From Anaerolineae bacterium (GTDB lineage: Bacteria; Chloroflexota; Anaerolineae; 4572-78; NAK82), in the NCBI GenBank assembly GCA_034436775.1, contig DAOTVI010000044.1, positions 14,058-78,057 of the forward strand: a stretch of 64,000 nt of DNA, given 5' to 3'. The position numbers were made by a program, and so were the translations under genes. The notes beneath the pieces were generated by a model. That model had not been told where the DNA came from, searched no databases, and saw only the letters and a program-made list of their open reading frames with translations. This document shows positions 18,108 to 25,980 of the stretch, in pieces. Within the stretch, counting starts at the first letter, position 1; every line of letters starts with the position of its first letter.

Positions 18108-19493
18108 TTAGCGTTGTTTCGCTATCACCGGCAGAAATGCCCCATTACATTTCGAGAGCACCGCTTGGGCAAAAGGGAAAGGGCGATACAACAGCGCCGG
18201 AATGGCCTGGCGCGTCGCCAGCTGATTCGCCCCTTGGCCCGGCTGCCACTCGAAAGCACCGTTCGCCAGCTGCATGTTCACCAGATATTTCACAGGATGA
18301 TTGTCTCCTACCTTCCAGCGCCCGGCCGTGGGGTCTTCGCCAGTAGCTACGATTGCCTGTACGACGTAGGCGGTCGAGTTCGTGTCGCTGGCCGTGCCCC
18401 ACTGGGATTGCGGATCCCACGGGAAGCCGCCGTCGGCATTCTGCGCGCCTTTCAGATAATTCAGACCGCGCACCACCGCGGTGGAAGTCGGCGGCTCGCC
18501 CGCCGCGATCAATGCCTGGATGGCCAACGCGGTGCCGTTGGTGTCACTGGTGTTACTCCAGGCGCCATAGGCCCAGCCACCGTCGCTCTTCTGCATTGTC
18601 TTGAGTGCCGACACCGCCGGAGCCGGTATCGTCTGGCTCAGCGCACGCAAACCGATCATTGCCCACGCGTGATAACCGGCATTGGGATCGAACCGGCCCG
18701 TAGCCTCGTCATAGTAGGACATGATATCACGTGCTGTCAGCGGCTGGCAGCCACGTGCTGCCGCCAACGCGGTGGCCAACTTGCCGGCACCGTCGGCACG
18801 CTGTGAGATCGCCCCTGCGCCGATGCCGGCGGAGAGCAATGAAGGCTTGTCCGCGCCGCGCCGCCACGCGTCGGCGTCGTAGTGATTGGCTACCACGGCA
18901 AGCAACGTCTCCAGAGTGTCGTTGGGCGTGCCATAGCCGCCCGTATTGGCGTCCTGCAGCGGGCGCAGCCATTCCAGCCCCTTGTAAGCTGCCACGGCGC
19001 CTGGCCCATAAGGAGGTTCCGGCGCGGGCCACTGATCCGTCCACACATAGCCATCAATGTGGCCGTCCTGGATGATCACGCTATCGCCCACGCCGACCAT
19101 ATAGGATGCCCACTGCGACTGTGCTCCATCCCAATACCACGTGCTCCAGAAGAAGGCGCCGTTATCACAGTTGTCGCCCGCGGTGTTGACACGACCCACG
19201 CCCTCTATACCGCACAGAAACAACCCCCACGCGGTGTTGGCTGCGACCGGGTTCACCCCGGCGCGCTGCAGGGCGACATAGCTGGAGATGGGCGTCGTAA
19301 AGGTAAACGCGCGCACCATCGCGTCGTGGGCGCCAAAGCGCACCACCACATAGCCCGTCTTGACCGGATCGCTCGCATGAGCGGGCCCGGGCAACAACGC
19401 CGCCAGGGTCAGCCACACGGCCAGTAACAGACCCAGGCCCAGCGCCGGCGCCAGCAACGTAGACCACAGTTTCTTCGCGGTATCTTTTCTCAT
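18108..19493 (-). CDS. Secreted protein: DUF4430-like module plus prenyltransferase/squalene-oxidase-type alpha/alpha-toroid repeats
   Basis: It has a signal peptide. The DUF4430-type pattern is ISSYVALQRAGV..GLFLCGIEGVG..FFWSTWYWDGAQSQWAS..IQDGHIDGYVW. The toroid repeats are SDGGWAYGAWSNTSDTNGTALAIQALIAAGE, ADGGFPWDP..SDTNSTAYVVQAIVATGE and ANGAFEWQPG..LATRQAIPAL. Confidence 0.8.
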   Translation of the reverse strand: MRKDTAKKLWSTLLAPALGLGLLLAVWLTLAALLPGPAHASDPVKTGYVVVRFGAHDAMVRAFTFTTPISSYVALQRAGVNPVAANTAWGLFLCGIEGVGRVNTAGDNCDNGAFFWSTWYWDGAQSQWASYMVGVGDSVIIQDGHIDGYVWTDQWPAPEPPYGPGAVAAYKGLEWLRPLQDANTGGYGTPNDTLETLLAVVANHYDADAWRRGADKPSLLSAGIGAGAISQRADGAGKLATALAAARGCQPLTARDIMSYYDEATGRFDPNAGYHAWAMIGLRALSQTIPAPAVSALKTMQKSDGGWAYGAWSNTSDTNGTALAIQALIAAGEPPTSTAVVRGLNYLKGAQNADGGFPWDPQSQWGTASDTNSTAYVVQAIVATGEDPTAGRWKVGDNHPVKYLVNMQLANGAFEWQPGQGANQLATRQAIPALLYRPFPFAQAVLSKCNGAFLPVIAKQR

Positions 19494-19625
19494 TTTCCAT
19501 TTACTCCTTTCTTTGTTTCTAATGGTGTTTTATAAGCGAGTAATCCAGGGAGAATCGCCCGGAATGCCCGCGGTGCAGCGCACCAAGCATCGTCTACGCC
19601 CTCGCCGGCCAGGGCATAGCGCGCC

Positions 19626-19660
19626 ATAAAAAACACCCCCTCGGCAGTGCCTGGGGGTGT
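19626..19660 (-). terminator. Intrinsic terminator forming the riboswitch expression platform
   Basis: Minus strand: ACACCCCC-AGGCACTGCCGA-GGGGGTGT followed by TTTTTT. An upstream GGGTGT could compete for ACACCC as an anti-terminator. Confidence 0.75.
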
Positions 19661-19715
19661 GATCCATACCGGTACGCTGCACCACACCCTTTACCGCGAA
19701 GGCAAACCGTGGTGC

Positions 19716-19892
19716 CCAACACAGGCGGGTGACCTGGCTCGGCAGCGCATCGGACTTGTCGTAGCACGCTGCACTGCCCTACAGTTGCGGGACAGCGTTG
19801 GACTTCCCACATGGCCACCTGACAGGGCCACACGGGTCACCAACTTCACCGTTACCGCCCGTGCCATCCGGGGCGACGGGCACCTGTGTTGT
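19716..19892 (-). promoter_or_regulatory. Cobalamin (B12) riboswitch aptamer
   Basis: The minus strand shows a closing helix of AACACAGG (5') with CCTGTGTT (3'), the core GGGAAGTCCAACGCTGTCCCGCAACTGTAGGG, and a B12-box-like GAGCCAGGTCACCCGCC. It sits between a consensus promoter and a terminator, upstream of the ECF operon. Confidence 0.8.
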
Positions 19893-19917
19893 TCAGACGC
19901 TATGCAATTGTGAGACG

Positions 19918-19947
19918 ATTATACCACTTAAGAGCGGCATCTGTCAA
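19918..19947 (-). promoter_or_regulatory. Consensus sigma-70-type promoter driving the riboswitch and ECF operon
   Basis: Minus strand: TTGACA, 18-nt spacer, TATAAT with a TG extension (gTGgTATAAT). The aptamer starts about 25 nt downstream. Confidence 0.6.
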
Positions 19948-19977
19948 ATCAACGCGGTCACGCGTGGTCTGGTATTT

Positions 19978-20006
19978 TTCAACAATCCGTTCTACAGTGG
20001 TATAAT
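19978..20006 (+). promoter_or_regulatory. Putative divergent promoter facing the transposase remnant
   Basis: TTCAAC, 17-nt spacer, TATAAT with the same gTGgTATAAT extended -10. A strong SD (GGAGGAG) lies before 20057. Confidence 0.35.
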
Positions 20007-20056
20007 TCCAGAAGGAGAGGACCGCGCTCCGGGAGAGGCGGTGAAGGAGGAGAACG

Positions 20057-20560
20057 ATGACTTTGCTGGAACGTTTGCAACAGATCCCCGACCCACGCTC
20101 GCGCCATCGGCGTGAATATCCGCTGTATGCGCTCTTGGCGGTTTTGATCCTGGCGGCGGCGCACGGGGAGAACTCGCTGTACCGGATGTGGCGGTGGGGC
20201 AAGCAATGGGCGCCGATGTTGGTGGGTCATCCGGCATTGGGGCTGGCATCGCGGGCCAAGTTTCCGGCTTTGGGCACCTTCTGGTACACCCTGCAGAAGT
20301 TGTCGCCGGCGGAGTTGGGGCACACCCTCGCCGAATGGGTGGCGCCGGGCCAGGTGTATGCGTCGGAGGGCAAACGGGGAGAGAACGCCGCGCTACAAAT
20401 ACTGACGTTGGTGGGGCAACGCCTGCGGGCGGCACTGCCACGCGAGCAGCTAGCTGGAGAAAGCGAACTGGAGGCGATGTTGCGCCTGCTGATCACGCCC
20501 CAAGGAGCGGCACAAACAAGGCTTAGCCCCGAGGGAGCGACAAGCCCTGACCACAACTGA
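20057..20560 (+). pseudogene. ISAs1-family (H-repeat-associated) transposase remnant, with the DDE catalytic part missing
   Basis: The N-terminus LERLQQIPDPRSRHRREYPLYALLAVLILAAAHGENSLYRMWRWGK matches the DDE_Tnp_1-associated domain. The ORF stops after 167 aa, whereas I recall full-length family members being roughly twice that. Degenerate traces may continue to about 20720 in another frame. Confidence 0.65.
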
Positions 20561-20741
20561 AGCGGTCGCAGGTGTCGCGCGGAGACAAAGCGCCGGCGAT
20601 GGATGGCACACCAAGCCGGCATGTCACTTATCCGCAGCACGGCCGCGCGGGAGATGTCATACACCTGGGGTGGCGTGTGCCGCTGTCCCCAGGGATTCGG
20701 CCGACCCGGAGCACTCGCCATCGGATTGATCCCATGGTGTT

Positions 20742-21461
20742 ATGGAGCGTGTCCACGCAAAAGGAGCAGCAATGGGATTGCGTAACTGGTATGCACAACT
20801 GGGTGAGCCACGGCGGACGGTCTATGCGCTGTTGTTCGCGGTGATCGTGCTGACGCTGCCGTGTTACTGTGCCGGAGGGGTCGCGCTGCTCGTGGCGCCG
20901 GTGCCGCAGGTGGCGACGCCGTGGGCAACGCCACGGCCGTTGGCCACATTTCCGCCGCGCCCCCCGACCGTCTCCGCCACATTCACCATAGCGCACACGC
21001 CAACCCCATCGCGTTCACCGACCGCCACGTTGGAGCCGACGCCGACGCAATTCTACCCCACACCGGTGCTCTCGCCATTGCCGAGGACCCCGTCTCCGGC
21101 GACGTCCCCTGTCCTGCCGCCGACGCCGACATTTGCCTGGCTGCCGCCGAGTCCGACGCCGCCACCGCCGCCCACCGCCACGCACACCCGGCCGCCGCGC
21201 CCGACCACCACGCCGACCGAGACCCCCTTGCCGCCGGTGGAAGGGCCACCTGTCGAAGTGCCACCACCGGTGATCGAGCTCACACCCATCGAGCTACCGC
21301 CACGGCCCACCGACACACCGACGCCGGCGCCGACACCCACGCCGCTTCCACCGACGGCCACGCCGACCCCCGAACCGACGCCCACGCCGGAGCCGTCCGA
21401 TTCGACAATGCCCGGCCAAACCGTAGAATCCTCCGCGGAAACGCCACCCGCGAGTGAATGA
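20742..21461 (+). CDS. Signal-anchored Pro/Thr-rich low-complexity protein
   Basis: It has one TM segment (VYALLFAVIVLTLPCYCAGGVALLV) followed by about 190 aa of P/T-rich sequence. Its stop overlaps the ABC ATPase start (ATGA). The start codon is uncertain (20742 or 20772). Confidence 0.55.
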   Translation: MERVHAKGAAMGLRNWYAQLGEPRRTVYALLFAVIVLTLPCYCAGGVALLVAPVPQVATPWATPRPLATFPPRPPTVSATFTIAHTPTPSRSPTATLEPTPTQFYPTPVLSPLPRTPSPATSPVLPPTPTFAWLPPSPTPPPPPTATHTRPPRPTTTPTETPLPPVEGPPVEVPPPVIELTPIELPPRPTDTPTPAPTPTPLPPTATPTPEPTPTPEPSDSTMPGQTVESSAETPPASE

Positions 21462-22231
21462 GCGCATCGGAGTCACCAATGACCGCCATCATCCAGGCCC
21501 TACACGTCTCGAAAGCATATCCCACCCCGCGCGGCGCCCTATCGGCGTTGGAAGACATCACCTTGACGGTAGCGCAGGGAGAGTTCGTGTGCATCGTGGG
21601 ACCTTCCGGATGTGGCAAGTCCACCTTGTTGCGGCTGTTGGCGGGGTTGCTCATGCCCGACCACGGCCAGGTGTACTTGCAGGGGCGTCCGCTGCGTGGC
21701 CCCTCGCGCACCATCGGGGTCGTCTTCCAGAAGGCGAACCTGATGCCCTGGCGCACGGTGTTTGACAATGTGCTGTTGCCGCTGCAGGTGCAGCGCATGC
21801 CGCCGGCGGAGGCGCGGGCGCGCGTCGAGCAGGTGTTGCATCTGGTGGATCTGACCGCCTTTGCACACAGTTATCCGCGCGAGCTGTCGGGTGGGATGGA
21901 ACAGCGCGTGGCAATCGCGCGTGCCCTGGCACACGAGCCGGTGATCCTGCTGCTGGATGAGCCGTTTGGCGCACTGGATGCGCTGACGCGCGAGAAGCTC
22001 AACCTGGAGTTGATGCGCATCTGGGAAGCCAGCCACAAGACGGTGGTGATGGTCACCCACGACATCCGCGAGGCGGTCTTCCTGGCCGACCGGGTGGTGG
22101 TGTTGACGCAGCGGCCCGGGCGGGTGGCTTGGGATGTGCCGGTGACGCTGCCGCGTCCGCGCACGGCCGACGTATGGTACAGCGATGCGTTCAACCAGTT
22201 GGCGCAGCAGGTGCGCCTGGCGATCCGGTGA
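21458..22231 (+). CDS. ABC transporter ATP-binding protein (NitT/TauT-like), with no cognate permease or binding protein adjacent
   Basis: Walker A is GPSGCGKSTLLRLLAG, the signature is LSGGMEQRVAIARAL and Walker B is ILLLDEPFGALD. Confidence 0.9.
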   Translation: MSASESPMTAIIQALHVSKAYPTPRGALSALEDITLTVAQGEFVCIVGPSGCGKSTLLRLLAGLLMPDHGQVYLQGRPLRGPSRTIGVVFQKANLMPWRTVFDNVLLPLQVQRMPPAEARARVEQVLHLVDLTAFAHSYPRELSGGMEQRVAIARALAHEPVILLLDEPFGALDALTREKLNLELMRIWEASHKTVVMVTHDIREAVFLADRVVVLTQRPGRVAWDVPVTLPRPRTADVWYSDAFNQLAQQVRLAIR

Positions 22232-22415
22232 GGAAGTTTTCTCCCGCAGAGGGCGCCGCAGTTTTCCCCTTCATTCGCGATGTCCTCCTGCGATCTGCGG
22301 TGAAAAGGTTTTTTCCGCTCCCGCACGGTCGTGGTGGGGAGTGACCGTCGCCGTTTGGGGCTGCGGCTTCGACTCGCCCCCTAATATGGCAATACCCCTG
22401 GCCGGTCAGAGATTC

Positions 22416-22444
22416 TTGACGCGCACACCGCCCTGGGCTACTAT
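22416..22444 (+). promoter_or_regulatory. Putative promoter of uxaC
   Basis: TTGACG, 17-nt spacer, TACTAT, about 30 nt before the start codon. Confidence 0.4.
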
Positions 22445-22476
22445 ATCCTCCACCCTGCCGTGAGGAGAGCAAACGG

Positions 22477-23907
22477 ATGCCCCAATGCGCCCGCGTAGTG
22501 CTGCCGGAGGATCGTTATTTCGATCCTCACCCGTCCCAGAAAGCGGTCGCCCTGCAGCTGTACCGTCTGGTCCAGGACATGCCGCTGGTCTGCCCCCACG
22601 GCCACATTGATCCGCGCCTCTTCGCCGATCCGGAGTACACCTTTCCCAATCCAGTGGAAATGCTCGTCACCCCGGACCACTATGTGTTTCGCATGCTGTA
22701 TTCCCAGGGCATCCCGCTTGAGCGCCTGGGCATCCCCCGCCGCGACGGCGGCGTCGTGGAACGCGATCCGCGCAAGATCTGGCAGCTCTTCGCCGAGCAC
22801 TTCTATCTGTTCCGCGCTACCCCGACCGGCATGTGGTGGACGCACATGCTCTACTCCGTCTTCGGCGTGACGCAGAAGCTCAGCGGCGAGACCGCCCAAG
22901 CGATCTACGACCAGATCATGGCCCAGCTCGCCTTGCCTGAGTTCCGCCCTCGCCGCCTGTATGAACGCTTCAACATCGAAGTGCTGTGCACCACCGACGC
23001 GGCGACCGACCGGTTGGAGCATCATCGGGCCATCCGCGCTTCGGGCTGGCACGGGCGCATCCTGCCCACTTTGCGCCTGGACGGCTTGGCCAACATGTAC
23101 GCGCCCGACTGGCGGCAGCACATCGCCGCCCTGGCCGAGGTGAGCGGACGCGAGATCACCAGCTATCGCACCTTCGTCCAGGCACTCGAGGAGCGGCGCG
23201 CTTTCTTCAAGGCGATGGGTGCGCATGCGACCGACCACAGCCCGGTGATGGTGCACATCCCGGACCTCTCCGCACAGGAAGTGGAGCGCATCTTCCAGCG
23301 TGGCCTCAAGGGCACGGCGAGCACCGAAGAGGCGCTCCTCTTCACCGGACATATGATCCTCGAATCGGCGCGCATGAGCATCGAGGATGGCCTGATCATG
23401 CAGCTGCATCCCGGCTCGTATCGCAATCACAACCGCTGGGTGTACGACACCTTTGGGCCAGACAGCGGCGGCGATATCCCGGTGCAGATCGAATTTACCA
23501 AAGCGCTGCACACCCTGCTGAACCGTTACGGCAACGACCCGCGCCTGACGTTGATCGTCTTCACCCTGGACGAGTCCACCTATTCGCGCGAGCTGGCGCC
23601 GCTGGCCGGCCATTACCCGGCGCTGAGGCTGGGGCCACCCTGGTGGTTCCAGGACAGCTTCAACGGTATGATCCGCTATCGTCAGCTGACGGTGGACGCA
23701 GCTGGCTTTTACAACACGGTCGGCTTCAATGACGACACCCGTTCATTCCCGTCCATCCCCTCCCGACACGACCTGTGGCGGCGTATGGAAGCCAACTGGT
23801 TGGCAGGATTGGTGGTGCGCGGCATCCTCGACCTGGACGATGCCGCTGAGATGATCCAGGACTCGGCCTATCGTCTGGCGAAGCGGGTGTATCAGTTCGA
23901 TTTTTGA
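22477..23907 (+). CDS. uxaC: Glucuronate (uronate) isomerase
   Basis: 476 aa, with DRYFDPHPSQKAVALQLYRLVQDMPLVCPHGHIDPRLF and TDDTRSFPSIPSRHDLWRR. Confidence 0.92.
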   Translation: MPQCARVVLPEDRYFDPHPSQKAVALQLYRLVQDMPLVCPHGHIDPRLFADPEYTFPNPVEMLVTPDHYVFRMLYSQGIPLERLGIPRRDGGVVERDPRKIWQLFAEHFYLFRATPTGMWWTHMLYSVFGVTQKLSGETAQAIYDQIMAQLALPEFRPRRLYERFNIEVLCTTDAATDRLEHHRAIRASGWHGRILPTLRLDGLANMYAPDWRQHIAALAEVSGREITSYRTFVQALEERRAFFKAMGAHATDHSPVMVHIPDLSAQEVERIFQRGLKGTASTEEALLFTGHMILESARMSIEDGLIMQLHPGSYRNHNRWVYDTFGPDSGGDIPVQIEFTKALHTLLNRYGNDPRLTLIVFTLDESTYSRELAPLAGHYPALRLGPPWWFQDSFNGMIRYRQLTVDAAGFYNTVGFNDDTRSFPSIPSRHDLWRRMEANWLAGLVVRGILDLDDAAEMIQDSAYRLAKRVYQFDF

Positions 23908-23925
23908 GGCCAGAGGTGGTTTCCG

Positions 23926-24900
23926 ATGCGTGCCCTGCTTTTTGACGGTCAACTGCGGCTGCGCACCGATTATCCGTTGCCTGTCGTGCCACCGGGCGAG
24001 GCGCTGATCCGCACGCATCTGGCGGGCATCTGCAACACCGACCTGGAGATCACGCGCGGCTACCTGAACTTCCGTGGCGTCCTGGGCCACGAATTCGTGG
24101 GCCAGGTCGTGCAGGCGGAGGGGGCTCCCGAGCTGGTGGGGCGGCGCGTGGTGGGCGAGATCAACGCCTTTTGCGGAGAGTGCCCGACCTGCCGTCGCGG
24201 CGATGTCACCCATTGCCCGCAGCGCACCACACTGGGCATCAGCGGACGCGATGGCGCCATGGCTGATTGCTTCACGCTGCCCATCCACGTGCTCCACGTG
24301 GTGCCCGAGACCATCCCGGATGAATGGGCCGTCTTCACCGAACCGCTGGCCGCCGCGCTGGAGATCACCGCCCAGCTGCACATCCGTCCCACCCAGCGCG
24401 TCGTGGTGCTGGGGGATGGCAAGCTGGGCTTGTTGATCGCCCAGGTGCTGCAGCTCACCGGGTGTGACCTGGCCGTGGTGGGGCGCTATCCGCACAAGCT
24501 GGCCATCCTGGCGCGGCGCGGCATCCACACCCACCTGGCGGACGAACCGCCGACGCCCGGCGCCGATGTGGTCGTGGAAGCCACCGGCCATCGGGAGGGC
24601 TTTGCGCTGGCACGCCGCCTGGTGCGCCCGCGCGGCACATTGGTGCTTAAGAGCACCTTCCATGAGGATGTCGCGGGGGATGTCACAACCGATCTCAGCG
24701 CGTTGGTGGTGGATGAGATCCGCGTGCTCGGTTCGCGCTGCGGTCCGTTTGCCCCCGCGTTGCGCCTGCTGGAACAAAGGTTGATTGACGTGACCGCGCT
24801 GATCGAGCAGGTCTACCCGCTCGACGCGGCGTTGACGGCGTTTGACCATGCCGCGCGGCCGGGCGCGCTCAAAATCATGCTCGCTGCGGCGAGCGGATGA
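23926..24900 (+). CDS. Zinc-dependent alcohol/polyol dehydrogenase (MDR family)
   Basis: It has GICNTDLEITRGY, GHEFVG, the structural-Zn Cys cluster CGECPTCRRGDVTHC, and VVVLGDGKLGLL as the Rossmann motif. Confidence 0.9.
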   Translation: MRALLFDGQLRLRTDYPLPVVPPGEALIRTHLAGICNTDLEITRGYLNFRGVLGHEFVGQVVQAEGAPELVGRRVVGEINAFCGECPTCRRGDVTHCPQRTTLGISGRDGAMADCFTLPIHVLHVVPETIPDEWAVFTEPLAAALEITAQLHIRPTQRVVVLGDGKLGLLIAQVLQLTGCDLAVVGRYPHKLAILARRGIHTHLADEPPTPGADVVVEATGHREGFALARRLVRPRGTLVLKSTFHEDVAGDVTTDLSALVVDEIRVLGSRCGPFAPALRLLEQRLIDVTALIEQVYPLDAALTAFDHAARPGALKIMLAAASG

Positions 24901-24936
24901 CCACCTCCTCGACGGTTGCAGAACCAGGCAGAAACG

Positions 24937-25938
24937 TTACCCCGACAGGGTATCCCTCTGCGGCGGCCGGGCCAGTGACGGGTCAAACATCAGCCCTCCC
25001 TGGCGGCGGCGCACCCAGGCGACGGTCAAAGCGCCGCCCACCACCGTGGCCAGCAGCCCGACGAGCCCCGCTTCCGGGCCGAAGACGCCGCCTGTCACCC
25101 AATCTGGACCGCCCTGCACGATGGCGATGACGGTGGCCTGATCGAACACCACCCCACTCACCGGAAAGCCATAGATATTGCCCTGGAAGAGATTCCAGGT
25201 GATGTGCAGCCCGATTGGAAGCGCCAGCTCGCCGGTCAGCACATAGCCCAGGCCGAGGAAGAGTCCGGCGATGATCAGGTTGAGCGTGCTCACCAGGCTG
25301 GCGTTCGGATTGAGGGCATGGAGAACACCGAAGATGATCGAAGAGATCAGCCAGGCAGCCAGGATGGCAGCGCGCCGTCCCACCCATGAAAGGTGAAAAC
25401 CCTCGCTCAAATTGCGCAACAGGTAACCGCGCGAGAGGGTCTCCTCGTAGATGCCGACGCAGACAAACAGCACCAGCGGTGTCAGGAAGGCGAGGGCAAA
25501 CGGTTGCTCCGACGACCCGGTGCGAAAGAAACCTTCGACGGTGATCCAACCCGCTGCCCATTCGACCAGGAACACCCCGGTCATCAGGAGCGCCCCCAGT
25601 ACCAACCCGAAGGCGCAATCCTGCCACCACCGGCGGCTGAGGTGGAAGCCAAACGCGGCGAACGGGCGCCGGTCCAGCAACCGCCCCGCGACCCACACAC
25701 TGGCCAACGTCGCTGCGGTTGTGATCAGCGTGCTGGTGAGCATCAAGGACGGCGCCAACAATTCCATGCCGAGCAACTCACCTTGCGGAATGGAAGACGT
25801 CAGACCGATCACGAGCGCCACGAGTAGGGTCAACAATACCGTCAGCAGCGCGAGTATGACCAGCTGGCCCAGCAATCGCCAGAGCATGCGCAGGCGACGT
25901 TCGCGCGGATTCCAAAAAATGCGCAACAGTCGCATCAC
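24937..25938 (-). CDS. CPBP-family intramembrane metalloprotease (CAAX protease-like)
   Basis: It is a multi-TM protein with EETLSRGYLLRNL and FGVLHALNP motifs. Confidence 0.88.
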   Translation of the reverse strand: MMRLLRIFWNPRERRLRMLWRLLGQLVILALLTVLLTLLVALVIGLTSSIPQGELLGMELLAPSLMLTSTLITTAATLASVWVAGRLLDRRPFAAFGFHLSRRWWQDCAFGLVLGALLMTGVFLVEWAAGWITVEGFFRTGSSEQPFALAFLTPLVLFVCVGIYEETLSRGYLLRNLSEGFHLSWVGRRAAILAAWLISSIIFGVLHALNPNASLVSTLNLIIAGLFLGLGYVLTGELALPIGLHITWNLFQGNIYGFPVSGVVFDQATVIAIVQGGPDWVTGGVFGPEAGLVGLLATVVGGALTVAWVRRRQGGLMFDPSLARPPQRDTLSG

Positions 25939-25980
25939 AGTGGGCCTCCTTCCGTGTTACGTCTCCATCCGTCTCCGGGC

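Noticed and set aside
20990-21400. Short periodic nucleotide repeats (ccgacgcc / acgccgac), also at 17040-17260, considered as a possible CRISPR or tandem array
   Set aside because: They are codon-level repeats encoding Pro/Thr linkers inside ORFs. There is no constant repeat and variable spacer organisation, and no cas genes.
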